From Girardia tigrina (Eukaryota), in NCBI GenBank assembly GCA_001938485.1, contig MQRK01224031.1:26977-90976 (forward strand): a DNA stretch of 64,000 bases. The letters run 5' to 3'. Shown piece by piece: positions 12,787 through 27,131 of this stretch. Made by a program: the position numbers and the translations under genes. The notes beneath the pieces were generated by a model, which was not told the DNA's origin, ran no database searches, and saw nothing but the letters and a program-made list of their open reading frames with translations. Each line of letters opens with the position of its first letter. The first letter of the stretch is position 1.

Positions 12787-14055
12787 TTGGGTTGACCAAA
12801 AAGTCATTGCGTTTTTGAGTATGTCCTAATAAAAAGCTTGAAAATATAAAACAATGTGATAAAATTTAAATTCAATTATATATTCTGAAATCTTAATTTT
12901 CAGAGTATGTTTATACAAAATATTAATCGATTTTGTATTAATTTATCACTTTACCGTCAATTCGAAATGGAAAATCAAAATGAGCATATACGTCATGTTT
13001 TGTTGCATTATTTTCGCAAAGGGAAAAGCGCTGTGCAAGCTCATAAGAAGATATGTTTGATAAATGATAGTGACTCCTTAAAACTTCGACAGTGTCAATA
13101 CTGGTTTTCTAAATTTCGTTCTGAAAAATTTCATCTGAAAGATGCACCACGCTCCGGTCGACCAGTTGAAGTTGATGGCGACTAAATAACAGCACTGATC
13201 AAATCTAATCGACATATGACGACAAGTTGCAGAGACTCTGGAAATATCAAAATCAAGTGTTGGAAGTCATTTAAAGAAACTTGGATTCGTCAGTAAACTC
13301 GATATGTGGTTACCACATGAACTGAAAGAAATGTAGAAAAATGTAGACATTTGCGATTCCATTTTGAAGCGAGAACAAAGTGATCCATTTTTGAAGCGCT
13401 TGATTACGGATGACGAAAAATGGATTGTTTACAACAATGTGGAACGCCGACAATCATGGACAAAACGTGGTAAGCCTGCCAAAATGATCCCAAAAGCAGA
13501 AATTCACCAAAAGGTTATGCTTTCCGTCTGGTGGGATTTTAAAGGAATCGTGTTTTTTGAACTCCTTCCGAGGATTGAAACCATCAATTCAGACAGATAT
13601 TGTGGTCAGCTGGATAAATTGGCTCATTCAATTCAACAGGAACGTCCTGAATTGGCAAATCGAAAAGGAGTTGTAATTCAGCATGATAACGCAAGACCGC
13701 ATACAAGTTTGACCACTCGCCAGAAACTCTTATCACTGGGTTGGGAGGTTTTGCCGCACCCCCCATATTCTCCAGACTTGGCCCCATCGGATTTTCACTT
13801 ATTTAGATCACTGCAGAATTCCTTAAACAGAAAAACATTCACCAGTGATGATGACATCAAATTGTTCCTAGACGGCTTTTTTACTGACAAAGGCAAAGGT
13901 TTTTATGAATCAAGAATAATGAAGGTACCGGAAAGGTGGAAGAAAGTGATTGAAAATAATGGACAGTATGTCGTGTAAAAATATTTGTGCATCCATGTCA
14001 TTTTTTGATAATAAATATTTTAGTAAAAAACGCACTGACTTTTTGGCCAACCCAA
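12787..14055 (+). mobile_element. Full-length mariner (DD34D), mellifera-subfamily-like
   Basis: TA|TTGGGTTGACCAAAAAGTCATTGCGTTTTT ... AAAAACGCACTGACTTTTTGGCCAACCCAA|TA; 1269 bp. Confidence 0.95.
12967..13978 (+). pseudogene. Mariner transposase pseudogene
   Basis: MENQNEHIRHVLLHYFRKGKSAVQAHKKIC..WFSKFRS..RSGRPVEVD, then a stop at 13183-13185 and frameshifts, then ITDDEKW..HDNARPH..YSPDLAPSDFHLF (D34D). Confidence 0.92.
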
Positions 14056-15249
14056 TATTTTAGAACAGATCTTTCCTTCTTCTTGCAAGCACAAATGTGT
14101 GCTTAAAATATTTTTATACATAAAATTATATTTTATAATTATGTCATTTGGTATTAACATTATTCATAGATAACAAATTATATTTTTTTAGTCATTTAAC
14201 CGTTTCGCTATTGTTTCCGTCTTAAGACTGTATCATTTTACACGATCGATGTCTATAGCAGTACAAATGTTTTGCAAATTTTTAAAAATAGACTTACAAA
14301 TAAATTGGTCACAAAATTCTAGTTTAAGTGCCAAAGTATTTTAAAGCTGGATCACAAAATTTCTGAAATCGAAGCAATTTTGATGATGAATGTTTTATAT
14401 ATTTTATTTTAAATGTTCTTTAAAAATGTAGTTTATTATTTCTTGAACCAAAAATACCAAAAGGCATCTTATAAGCAATCATTTTAAAAACGAAAGATAT
14501 ATTTAAATTGCAATTAAAAATCAGGGGTTGCTTACATAAGGGAATATACATTTTCGGAATATACATTATATATTTTTTTCCTTTTATGTGTTGACTTATT
14601 GAATGCTTTTTTAAATTTCTACTAAAATAAGTTGGATTTACTTATAATATTTTTCGATAATTACAAAATGTAAGTTATTTTTAAAAGCCTAACAGAAAAG
14701 AAATTTATATTTAAAACTTTCTCAATTATTTTTGCAATTTGAGGTCTAAAAATATAAATACATCTTCCAGTGCACAAATAACTTCAATTCTTGAAAAACT
14801 TCTTGAACATAACAAATCTAAATTTTAAGATCTTAATGCAAAATATGGTGTGAAATGTTAAACTGTACACTTTCTTTTTTGTTCAGATTCTATTTTTTTG
14901 ATTTAATTATATTTTTAATGGACTAAGAGATCAAAGAGGTTATCTTTGGACTATAGTAACTTAACCGGATTATTCAAATTTCTAAAATTTATTCAAAAAT
15001 CGCTGAACAAGAACATCCTTCATAATGAAAAAAAATCAATTCAAATTTTATTTAAAAACTTTGCAAAATGTTCAAATATTTCAAATAACTGTTTTGATTG
15101 AATAATCTTTTACTTTTCATATGTTAAAATTTAAGTTACATTTACCTGAACAGTTCACAAATTTGGATGTTTCATTAGTCTAAATTCTTTTAGGCTACTC
15201 TCAACTCATACCAAAATAAATGAATATTTTTATGTTATAAATGATGTTC

Positions 15250-15580
15250 TAAAGAACCAAGGTGAATCGCTTGACCAGAGCAAAGCGTCTTCAGAACAAT
15301 CTCAAACATCTCGAGGATTCAGGAATGACCTGATTTTTTCAGACAAGAAGAACTTTGTTCAGGACCAGAAAGTGAACTGCAAAAATGTTAGGTAACTCTG
15401 CAAAAGCCAGGATGAGGCACCTACGGTGATGTATACCCAATTTCTAGCGTTACTAATGAATCTAGGTGTTGTTAGAAGTGAAAGTTATGTGATGTCTCCA
15501 CATTTTTAAGAGTCAATACAGTTGCTCATACCGAGGTGTTAGTCAAAGTTGTCAAGTCATGGATTAATACTGTAGCACTC
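15250..15580 (+). mobile_element. Decayed DD37D (maT)-like transposase fragment
   Basis: NRLTRAKRLQNNLKH..FFSDKKNFVQDQKVNCKNVR..MNLGVVRSESYVMSPHF..EVLVKVVKSWI with stops and frameshifts; no TIRs found. Confidence 0.6.
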
Positions 15581-16848
15581 GAGATGCAGTTAAAAAACGA
15601 AACTAAAACCAACACAAATTTAATTAAAATTGATGATGATTTAGTATGAAACTTCAAAACATGCTCAATAATTAATTTCTTAAAAAAAACTTTAATAAAA
15701 TTATTTAATATATGTCAAGATGAAAATATAGTTTTTGAAGATTGATTATTCACCAAAACAACCGCTGATTACAATCAAACTTTTTAAGTAAAAGCATTTG
15801 AGAAAAATAATATTTTTTTATTAAGGATAAAAAATGAGACTCAATTTTTTTGACTTCAATTTTGTTGAATTATGTTTTGTAAGAATTCCTTTCCAATTTA
15901 TACGTCTTTTGAGTACCTACTTCTTCTATTTTAGATAAATGTCCTGTCGGATTAATTTAGTAGATTTGTAATAATCCTTTTTCAGCATTTTCTAATTCAA
16001 AATTAAATAATAAATAAAATTTATTAGTACTTCTCTCAATAAATAGAATTTTCGTGGACTTTCCTGTGGTGGACTTTATTGTTTTTGTAGAGATTCCCTG
16101 TACAAGGTGGAAAAACTAATAATAAATTTCTATTCTGTAGGTAATATGAAAAATTTATGAAATTGAATTTATTTTTTTTTAATATTTTATATCTTTTAAT
16201 CGCTGTTTGTTATACGACAACGTTGTTTGTAATAAATTAATAATTTATACGTTGTTTGTTATAAAAAGACAAAACTTTAATTTAATTTTAAATGTAATTA
16301 TTTCCTCAGGAAGTCTTTCGTCTCTCATACATTATATGAAACAAAAAGGCAAGTACTCGAAGGCATGGTGCATGGTTAGCAAAACTCTGAGCATGATTAA
16401 AACATATTTTGAATAAATAATAAATGCTTGGCAATGAAATATTTACATAAAATTCTATTCGGTTTACAGTTTTTATAATATACTTTTCCTTGAATTTATG
16501 TTTTTGACATTTTATCATCTTTGAAATTTAAAAAGAAAACGATGGAAAAATAGTTTCCGGTAACAATAATCGATTTTCAAGAATCATTTAGAAATTTAAA
16601 TATGTGATCTCAAGGGGATGGATCAACTAACTCGGAGGAGAGTGTAAGGAATATATTTCCATTTTAATTTGAACTAAATACAATAAAAATATATTTAGAA
16701 ATAATAATGACACATTTCAGTATGATTTTTCAAAAGTAAACAAAAATATAGAACAATTAAAAAACTGAAAGATTATTTTAATATTTTATTTGAAATTTTT
16801 TTTTAACCGGATGAAAGAAATGTAATTTAAAAAAAAACGTCTTTTCAG

Positions 16849-17139
16849 ATAGTCCAATGACTCCCCAGATTATTGATTTTAATTCAACTATTGAAGTCTC
16901 GGCTGGCCATGGGACTAATCTAACATGTACAGCTGAAGGTTACCCTGTTCCACAAGTATTATGGGTGATCGTAATTGGTCCTCCAAATAGTCAAAACTCT
17001 GAGCAACGTCCCCTCAGTGAGCGGAAGTTATCAACTTCAACAATTCATTTAACTGATATAACCGAGTCGGGATTTTACACATGTCTTGCCTCAAATAATA
17101 TGGGATTGGTACGAAAAACAGTTCAAATAGTTGTGAAAA
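16849..17139 (+). CDS. Lar: LAR-family receptor PTP, internal exon encoding third Ig domain
   Basis: Acceptor cttttcag|AT, donor AAA A|gtaag, phase 1-1, 291 nt. Encodes SPMTPQII..EVSAGHGTNLTCTAEGYPVPQVLW..HLTDITESGFYTCLASNNMGLVRKTVQIVVK, which matches the LAR Ig3 pattern (VNLTCVAVGAPMPYVKW..SANYTCVAISSLG..QVTVK). Confidence 0.9.
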
Positions 17140-18274
17140 GTAAGATATAATATTATTTTAAACTTTTGAATTTGAAACATCTTTTCATTTTTATAAATAA
17201 ATTATCATTTGAGGACACATTATTATTTTATAGTATGTAACAAAATATATTCATTTCCAAAAATATATTTCATTTATATTTAATGAAAAACTTTTACCCA
17301 AGAGTCGCCTCATCTACTCTGAACTTCACTACAACTTTACTGGATCGAGTGTGATTCACTGGTTGGAAAGTAATGAGACTTCGGTCTTTTCCTATTAAAG
17401 AAGGACTTTATGAAAACTTACCGATTCGAGTTATTCCATGAAGTGTAAGAAAGTTTTCAAGAATATTTTTGTTGAAAGTTAAAGAGGTAAAACTGTGATA
17501 AAATCCATAAAAATCATTTCGAAAAGATCATAAATAAAAAAACTATCAGAACAATTATATTTTTTGGAGAATAGTTCTTGGAGCGTAAAATTAGATAATT
17601 GACCGAACATTTTGCCAGTTTTAATTGAAAATATATAAATAAATTAAACAATATAAATAATTAACTGACAAAAATAATTAATTAAATCAAGTTAATTTAA
17701 ATAAAGTAAAAAATTAAGTAAATTAAATTAAATAAGATAAAATAAAAAAAATACATTTAATTAAAATTAATATAAATAATTAAACCATCACTTTTGTATG
17801 GTTTAGTGATGTTATTTCTATTTGAATGATTATTGTTCATTTTTTATTTTAAATCGATTTATTTTGATGACCTTGACAAGAAAATTTTGTTTAAAATCAT
17901 CAAGTAAAAATCAAGTAAATATACAAAAATTTAAAAACAAATGTGTACGTGGCTGAATAGATATATGTTAACAAAATGTGTAAATCCTTTCAATTTAAAA
18001 AATTTGTTTGAGTGGATTGGAGTTTTGTGATTCCTTATAATAAAATTTGAAAATTGGAATTGAAGTTTGTTCAAAATTTGTTCTCTGATAAATATGAACA
18101 AAATCATTAATGACAATCAATGTGATTCTTTAAATTATATTTTATTGAATAAAAAACATGTGTCGAAAAGAATGGAAGAGATTCTTTCCAAGCATCCAGA
18201 TGTCGGCAAGTTATGCGGTTGGCGAGTTGAATCGTTTGAAAGAAATGTATATAATGTGCGAAAATTTGGGTGAT

Positions 18275-18784
18275 AAACTAATTTCTTTCGGCATTTTAGA
18301 CCGCCTTCCTTGATAATATTCCTCATCTTCGTGGCACAGACACCATACTTGCTGGCTTCACGTCTGAGAGATACACCACGTTTTGTTTGAATACATCTCC
18401 GAAAACTTGCGCGCTGTTGATTTGTTAACTTTTTATTGTGGCCTCCACTTCCTGGCTTCCTGTGCACATTTGAACTCTTGGAGAGGTTTGAGAGAAGCGT
18501 ATAGATGGTATACCGTGCACAACCTTCATTCACAAAGTGGTTTACAGTGAAGGCTTTTCCTTTTAAAAGGTTCAGCTGCCAAAAGTTGCGAACTCTCTCA
18601 CGGAGCTGTTGCTCTGTCATGTCTTTTCTGAGAAAATGAATGCCGAGAGGATGACGAAATATTATGTAAGAAACCCCCTACCCAATGTGATTCATGCTGC
18701 AATTTGATTGGATGTTCCATTTATTTTTAATTTACTGATAGTATGCATTTTTCATTTGTTCAGATTTAGCCTGCGCACCCATTA
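18275..18784 (-). mobile_element. Truncated Tc1/mariner-superfamily element (5' end and DNA-binding region; DD37E-like by N-terminus)
   Basis: End reads TA|TAATGGGTGCGCAGGCTAAATCTGAAC on the minus strand. ORF from 18620 MTEQQLRERV..KGKAFTVNHFVNEGCARYTIY..RKPGSGG..GVSLRREASKYGV..GLKCRKK loses transposase character near 18277. A possible decayed partner TIR lies near 17938. Confidence 0.7.
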
Positions 18785-20791
18785 TATCAAAGAATTTACG
18801 ACAATTTACTTGTTTTATTTTAATTTATTTTATTACTATATACAATTGTTACTAGATTACCTAACCTAATAAAACTGCTTTTAACGATCTTTTCTTTTCA
18901 TACGAATATAAATTAACCTCAAATTTACACTTGGTTCTTCCAATTTTATGTCAAACGTTTTTGAAGTTTATATGCACTGAAAATCATATAATCTTGAGTA
19001 GTCTAAGTATTGTTATGTTTAGTTATAAAGTTATTAAGTTTCCAAACTTCATTTTATCTCAGGTTTTAAATGATTTAAAGATTTTTTTCAAAAATTTCGA
19101 AAAACCGGAACAATATATTTGAGTATAAATATTACTTTTTTTAAAGCTGGTTTTGGTAATGTATCTTTTCCAGGAATGCGAACTCCATGAAACTTTGGCT
19201 TCTTAAATAAAAAGCATTCTTTTTTTTAATATTTTCTTGTAAAGCAAAATCGAAGAAATATTCTTAAGAATGATGTTTACTATTGTTTAAAGATTAGAAT
19301 TAGTAAAATTATGCTTTTGTGGAGAAAATAAGAAAAATAACTTAAATTATTTTGTACATTTGTAGAAGATTAAGAAGATTTCTTTTGTTATTCATATTGA
19401 AAATTTATTTATTAAAAAAATGAAACAGTTATTAAAATATTATTTATAAATATATTATTTTACTACTTTCATTTTACGTTTTTAATTAAACGAGAAATAA
19501 ATAATACTTGTTGTAAAGATAAATATAATTATAGTTATAAAATGCTTTAAAAAACAAAACACAAAAACAAAATGTGGAATTTGTTTGAGTTATATTTTTA
19601 AAATTGTAATATAAAAAGTAAAAACAAAAAATAATAATTTATTTAAGGGAAAAATGACACATAAAAAACTTTACGAAAGAAAAAGTAAAATTTGTTTAAA
19701 TGTATTGAAAGTTATTTTTCTATATTATAATGTTAAAATTATAAATATTTCATAATTTTGGAAAATGATATTTATAACAATTATTTTGGTTTTATGTTTT
19801 AATATAAATTTATTTTAATGTTTGAAATTTGATATATTTCAATGATTATCAATTAATTTTACTTATTAAAATGACGATTCTTGTTTATTTTATTCAAAAT
19901 GTTTGTTATTTTGTGAATTTTCCTTTTTGTATTATATGTTTTGCTTTATTTATTTAAAATGTAGAAAATATTTTACTGGTACATTAAAAAAATTAAAAAG
20001 AAAATTATATATATATATATATCTGTTTAATACTATTTTTGAATTATTTTATATTATTTATATTTTATATTATATTATATTTTATATTGTTTCACAAACA
20101 TTGTTTGAAAAGAAGCTTAAACTTAAATGTTAAACTTTTTTTTAAAGTTTTTCATTTTTATTAATATTAAAATTATTAATAATAACAATTTCAGTTAAAA
20201 TAAAAATAATAATATTCTTTTTGCAACATATAGAGAACTTATTTTAATCATTGAATGATGAAATTTACTTAAGTGTTAAATAACGTATTGTGATAATGCA
20301 AGAAGAACGCTTTTATATCAATAGAAAGACAACTTAAGACAATACCTTAATTGAGACACGCCAATGGAAGGAGAAAGTTTACCTGTAACAAATAATGAAG
20401 GTGTGGCTCTCACTCTTGGGAGTTACAAAAGTTACCCACAACTATTTAACAGAAATTTATTTGTTCATTTACTAAATTTTTTACAAAATATTTCAATGAA
20501 AAAATCAAAAAAATATTCTTGGAGCACTAAAATTCCCTCAATAACTTGAAAGTCTATATTAATCATTTAAAAATATCATATTTTTAGTTCTATAATTTCC
20601 AAAGAATTATTTTGAAATATAAATATTAATTATATTATTTTATTTTTATAACTAATTAAATATTAAATATTTTCGAAAATATTTTGAATTAATTATAATT
20701 TAGTTTTAAGTATGTACGGTTTTAGTTTTATGTTTAGTATCATTATTTTATATTTTTGTTTGCATTATTAATATTTTACTTTTCATTTCAG

Positions 20792-21124
20792 AAAAACCAG
20801 CAGCACCGACATCAGTTACATGCGGCAAAATCGATGCTACATATGCCATCATTGAGTGGCTTCCAGTCAGATCTACTCATCCAGTTGATTCCTATACTTT
20901 ACAAATTACCGACACTTCCAGCAGTAACGTTCATCTTCGAATGAGACAAATTGCAAATATTTTTCCTTCGGCTCTCAAGGTTTCACCTGACTCTAAAAAA
21001 GTTTCTTACAATGTTACCGAATTAAAAGCTTTTACCAACTATGAAGCCCGTGTTTTAGCTGTAACGAACAACATTGGACCTTCCGATGCCAGCTTGCCAG
21101 TTCTTTTTCAAACTTTAGAATTGC
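20792..21124 (+). CDS. Lar: LAR-family receptor PTP, exon encoding FN3 domain 1
   Basis: Acceptor tttcatttcag|AA, donor TTG C|gtaatt, phase 1-1, 333 nt. Encodes KPAAPTSVTCGKIDATYAIIEWLP..SYTLQ..YNVTELKAFTNYEARVLAVTNNIGPSDASLPVLFQTLEL, in frame with the previous exon. Confidence 0.9.
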
Positions 21125-24100
21125 GTAATTTGTTCATTTAAATTCAATGACATTATTTTGATACAGATTTTTTGTTATTTTCTTTCATTATTTTTTATAC
21201 TTATTGTTAGAATCTGTGGGAACACCACTTGGAGAAGAACAAATATCCATAACTAAATTATATTTATTAATAACGCTTAATTATCGGATATTGAAAAATA
21301 TTTGGAATAATTGATTGATTGCGTTGATCTTCCAATAATTCCAATTTCCACTCTGATTTTCAATTCCCGGAAAAATTCTGCCAATTATTAAAACAAATTT
21401 GTTTCTTATTTAATTTACATTTAACTTAAATTCTATTTATTTAATTATTTCTTAAAAAATTTGAGGAACTAAGTTATTTTTTTAGTTTTTAATTTTTTAG
21501 TTTTATTTTTTTGTTAAACCGGTATTTTATAAAATATATTTAATTAATTAATTTAACTTAATTTCGATTACCTATTTCAAAAATTTTCCGTTTATTATTA
21601 ATTCCTAACACTTATTATCGATACTAATGTCATCATCAATTAAGGTTTTGAATTTAATGACATTTTTTGACAGAATTAACACTTGTTTCAAGGTACACTT
21701 ATTTTAGTGGGGTCGCGTTCTTTTAGATAGTATTTAGTGGAAGTTATATTATGTGTGAGACTTTTAGTTTACAACAGATTTTATGTTCTTCTTATGTTTA
21801 AGTTGTTCCTTTAGTTACGGAATTCTGAGTTACGTAATTTTACCTATATTAGATAATTAGACTAAGTTCTGGGAATTTCGTACCCTCCATGTCAAATATC
21901 TTAATTCCAGCCTCAACAAATAAAATTCAAATATGCAAAAAAGACCCTAATGCACACATTGGGGACCCTGTATAAATTCTATGATTTGTAATCGGAATAA
22001 TGTCAGAATTTCAGTAGCAACTTCTAAACGTAAGAAACGACTTCTTTATAAACTTTTATCATATACCAATAAATAATACCAGATTAAGAAATATTAAGTT
22101 CTATGAATAATGTACTAATTTTAAGCAATACCGAACAAAACCTATTATGGATTGTAAATCCGAGATCGTATCGATATAAGTGGGAATAAAAATAAAAAAA
22201 TAAAAGAAATAAACTAAAAACAATAATTTGACAAATGCAATTAGATAATAATAATAATAATAATAATTGTGACTGGGAATAATTATGTTATGATAAATGT
22301 GTGTTGTGAATAGAAATTATTAAAGGATAATTATGCAATAATTATTGTGCGCTTGTTGAATAAATTGATTGTGTAATGTCAGTTGTGATGATACAATATT
22401 ATGGGTTATTTATCTGATATTGAATGCTTGTTGAATGTGTGTTGAGAATATGTGTGTGTTTGAGAGTGTCCACCAATGACAAGGCTTTGAAAATGTGAGT
22501 CATTATAACATCACTATTTTCCCCATTACTCAACATTGATAATATTATGAAAAAATTATTAAATCTTAGAACCTCAATTACTCGTTTCGTTTTAAATGGC
22601 TAACAATAATTATCATAAAATTTATACAGGGTAAAATTCTAAAGAATTTGATCACCAATTGTTGTAGAGAATAACTGGTTATAAGATAATTATTTTCTTA
22701 CGTACAAAACTTTTGTGATTAGGATGATGTTCGAGAAAAAAACGGAATCAAGTTGGGACAGATGATAGAGTACGTTACTCGAGTGATCACTGGATAGACG
22801 AAATTGAAAAATTGATTGAATAGAGAAAAGAAGAATCGGAATCGATTCGTTTCTTCGACGGTCTTAAGTGTTAGCCAACTTGAAATAAAATAGAATGACA
22901 GTAATTATTTTCTGCACAAAATTACAAAGACGAGACCAAAAAGTTTGTCTTTGTTGTGGATTGGCAATTGACATAAATATGACCCGAAAATTCAAAAATA
23001 ATAAATTTTAAAACTGATCTCCAGGCGATCCAAATAATAATACAATTACTAAGACAATATTTTGATAAATATTTTACGTCAATATTAACTAAAATATTAT
23101 TTATAATTATTATTAATGATATTAAAAATCGTATTTAATTTTACTAAATTTTCATTTTTAATATAATTAATTTTAATAACATTTTTTAATGTTTGTAAAC
23201 ATATAATTGTTTCTTTATGAAAAGCTTGAATTAAAAAATATGATTAATAATATTTATAAATATATAAAAGTAAATATAAGATAGTGTAGATAATATATAA
23301 TAATATAAATAACGATAATATAAATAACGAAAAATGATATTATTATATAATTATTTTTGAAGAATAAATTTCTTTCGTTAATTTAATTATTTCTAATTAG
23401 AAATATATCAAATCTTATAATTTCATTAATTATTAAAATACATCTATAAATATAATATCGATACACTCGGCTGTTTGTTCGATAGACAGATATTTTCTTC
23501 CTGATTTTTGTTCATTTCATCAAGACAAATTCATTTCGTTTTGTTTTATTTATATTTACGTTATTTATATGAAAATTATACTTGTGATGAAAGTATTTCT
23601 TAAGTTTTATAAATTGGGAAATTAAAACATATAAATTGTTTTAAACGTTAAGTCAAAATGGTTCTGAAACTATTTCTAACAAATAATGTAAATATTGAAA
23701 TAAATATGTAGAAATTAGGTAATTGAACTATTTGATTAGATATGATTAATTTTAACAGACGGAAAAAAATGAGGAATAACACTATTAACAACATCACAAT
23801 TTGAATGTAAACATTTATTGACAACACAAACAGATTATTCACAACAATTTTCAGAGGTCATCTTTCTTTGATTGATATAGTTTTTGATTATGTATTTAAA
23901 TATGAAAAAAACAATGAATGGGGAAATATTAATATTACATTTTAATTCCTCATAATTTAATTGGATAAAAAGACATTATGTATTTTTTTAATGAACATTA
24001 ATTATTTTTTAATATTAAATTTAATAAGTTAAAATCGTTTACTGAAAATATTATTAAAATTCATAAATATCAAACTTTAATTAATTAGTACTTAAAATTA

Positions 24101-25144
24101 ATTTCATTGGATTCAAATAATAAATCAATAAATATATCAATCCCATCTGAGTAGGAGAGTCACAAATCTAAACAGCATACAAACAATAAATTTAGAACAT
24201 TCCAAATTTTCCCTCACAAACACAATATATCACAAAACAGGAATAGAGTTGGTAGAAGATGACAACAGTAATTAGAATTACTTTATAATTGTAGAATTGT
24301 CTAATTTTCAAGGTTCTCTCCAAAATAATGTAAATTGATTGATGTTGAAAAATATGACCTTTTCTTGTAATGTTGGAGGATGGATCGATAGGTGAATAGT
24401 TTCGGTTCAAAATGTTCGACAGAATCTTCGTATGGAAATATGTTTAAAAGAATAAAGTTGATTTCAAATTAGGATTGATAGTATAATTGTTTTCTTTTCT
24501 TCTGAATGAGATTTTCTTTAATTCTGTTTTTTTTGATCTTCCAAAAAACATTCTTGCAGCAAATAATGGAATAAGGTTAAATAATTTTTTTCTTTCCTAG
24601 CGATATCAATTAATTTTTTGAAACATTTTAAAAATCCATATTTGATAATTATAATAATATAAATATTAAATAATTTTTTATATATAAAGATTTCTGAATT
24701 GGACTTCTTCTTTTTTTTCTTTTAGTTCTTTTGTTTCAGATAAATAAAATTAAAAAATAAGTAAATTAAAAGTAAAAAATAAGCTTTGAGAGAAAACAAA
24801 AATATAAAGGTGAATGATAAAAAAAGAATAAAGCTCAAAGATGAATCGAGATTAATAAGAAAGAAAGGTTCTAAAGGTTCTGTTTTCTTTTAGGCATCAT
24901 AATGATTTTAAATAGTTTTTTTAAATAGAATAATCCAAAGCAACTAAGTTAAGTTATAAAACTTTCTTTTTGCTAGAAATAAAGAAGGCCCGAAACATAA
25001 ATATCTAGTTAAGTAAAGGCATTCTAGTAAAGGTCATATTACTTTTCAAGCAAGACTAACTCATTATACAGTCATTATTTAGGATACCTCTCCAAAGTGA
25101 ACCTCGGTTTAAATTTTCAAACAATTCTTTTTGATGTGATTATA

Positions 25145-26657
25145 CTGGTGGACACATTAATTCTCGATTTTTATTTTTATACGTATTTTTTAATTTATGT
25201 AATATATTCAGTTGCCTATTAGTTGTTAATATACTTTAAATTTAATCTACATAAAAGTGCTATAAAAACATTATATTAATCATTATTGTTTTACTGAAGT
25301 TAAATATTTCATAATTTCAAATATTTTAAAGGACAAATTATTTTTCGATTTTTTATTAAAACATATACTATTGAAAATTAAATGTGGTAAGTATGTTTAT
25401 TACTTAATATTAAGTAATCTCAGATGTTTTTTAGCGACATGAAATCCAAAATAGAAAGGGAAAGAGCAAGGGCTCTCAAATCGGATGGGTTCACATTCAA
25501 AGAGATAAGTCTAATGCTAGGAATAAGTTATGATGCTGTGAGGAATTTATGTCATTACCAAACAGTTATACATCGTAAGAAACCAGGAACAAAGCGTAAA
25601 ATTACGAAGAATGATCATTTGTGCATAAAAAGAGCCATTGCACGTTTCAAAAGTGCTGGTGAAAAGGTTTCTAGCCCAAAAATAAAAGAAGAGTGTCAAC
25701 TAACTGTTTCCACTAAGATAGTACAGCGACATTTGACTCGTGTAGGTGCGAAATACAAAAGATCCAAGAACCAGATTGTATTGAGTCAAAGTCACAAAGA
25801 TCGACGAGTAGCCATGTGTTCAAAGTGGATCATCGAAGATCATAACTGGAATGTAACTATTTTTCGGACGAAAAACGTTTCAGTATGGATGGACCAGATA
25901 ATTGGAGTTCATATGTAATGCCGGGTGAAATTTCAATCCGAGAGAGAAGGCAATGCAAAGGCGGCGGTATTATGGTGTGGATAATGACTTTTCCAAATGG
26001 TCTGTTGGCCTACAGAATAATTAGAGGGAAGTTTAAATCAGGTGATTATATTGCTATGNNNNNNNNNNNNNNNNNNNNNNNNNNNNNNNNNNNNNNNNNN
26101 NNNNNNNNNNNNNNNNNNNNNNNNNNNNNNNNNNNNNNNNNNNNCAGGATAGTTAAACAATTTATGAAAGAACAATATGTGAACGTGTTGGAGTGGCCAT
26201 CTAAATCCCCCGATTTAAACATCGTAGAAGACGTCTGGAAATTAATATCAGACCTGGTCTACGATAGAAATTCATTTAAGATTAAGAACGAATTGGAGGA
26301 AGCGGTACTGGATGCTCTAAAATATGTACAAACAAATAAAATGAATACTATCTTGGACTTATATAAAAGTATCAGAAAACGTCTATGTACCGTTCTTTCT
26401 AAACAAGGAAATTTATATAATAAATGATCATTTAGTGTTATTATTATTGTTTTCGAGAAATAACTTGTCCTTTTCAAAAGTATTCATTTTTAAATAAATG
26501 GATTGGTTTCACAATTATAAAAATGTTTGGTGAGTTTTTACATTTTAAATGTAAAACAATACTTATTCTTTAAGGTTACACTAAGTATTCTTTAGTTTAA
26601 ATTAACATTAAAGATTACGATATAAAAATAGAAATCGAGAATTAATGTGTCCACCAG
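25145..26657 (+). mobile_element. Full-length Tc1-like (DD34E) transposon with IR/DR-type ends
   Basis: TA|CTGGTGGACACATTAATTCTCGATTT at both ends (reverse complement at right). Inner repeats aaaggacaaattatttttcg (about 25328) and its inverse (about 26454-26474). Confidence 0.93.
25439..26427 (+). pseudogene. Tc1 transposase with one visible frameshift and an N-gap
   Basis: ORFs 25424-25918 and 25885-26427 join at IF(S)DEKRFSMDGPD (one base missing near 25860). Motifs GGGIMVW and WPSKSPDLNIVEDVW. Confidence 0.88.
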
Positions 26658-26918
26658 TATATAAATGTGATTAAGATAAAGTGGCAAGATTCACGTCAAT
26701 ATCTAATAATCAAATTTTTACCCAATATATATAGTTAAAAATAATATTACAATAATTTTATATGTTGAATTATGATATATTCAATTACAAACCTTCAATT
26801 GACAAGTAAAAATTAATAACGAATAAAAATTTTGATCACAGAAACAATAAAATAAGTTTAGATTGGTAAAAACAATAGAATAATAAAAAATAATGTTACT
26901 TATTCTTCTACATATATA

Positions 26919-27089
26919 CAGTAGAACGGGGCTATTCCGGCATGGCCGGTGATTTTAAAATATGCCTGAATATACAGTTTGCCGGAATAGAGAGTTTGAA
27001 CCAATACCGTTATTGAAAAATTGGGATTTTCGGACCTGCCGAATGAGACAAGTTGCCGAATTAAAGAGGGACGGACTAGACACCTTCAA

Positions 27090-27092
<3 letters not shown>
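26919..27092. mobile_element. pogo/Tigger-type MITE
   Basis: TA|CAGTAGAACGGGGCTATTCCG versus right reverse complement CAGTTGAAGGTGTCTAGTCCG; internal repeated tgccg(g)aat motifs; abuts (TA)n. Confidence 0.7.

Positions 27093-27131
<39 letters not shown>

Noticed and set aside
16091-16106. 16-nt segment between AG and GT as an Ig2-Ig3 mini-exon
   Set aside because: Length is not a multiple of three and the donor is poor.
22286-22926. Two TG..CA-bounded segments as solo LTRs
   Set aside because: No matching target-site duplications.
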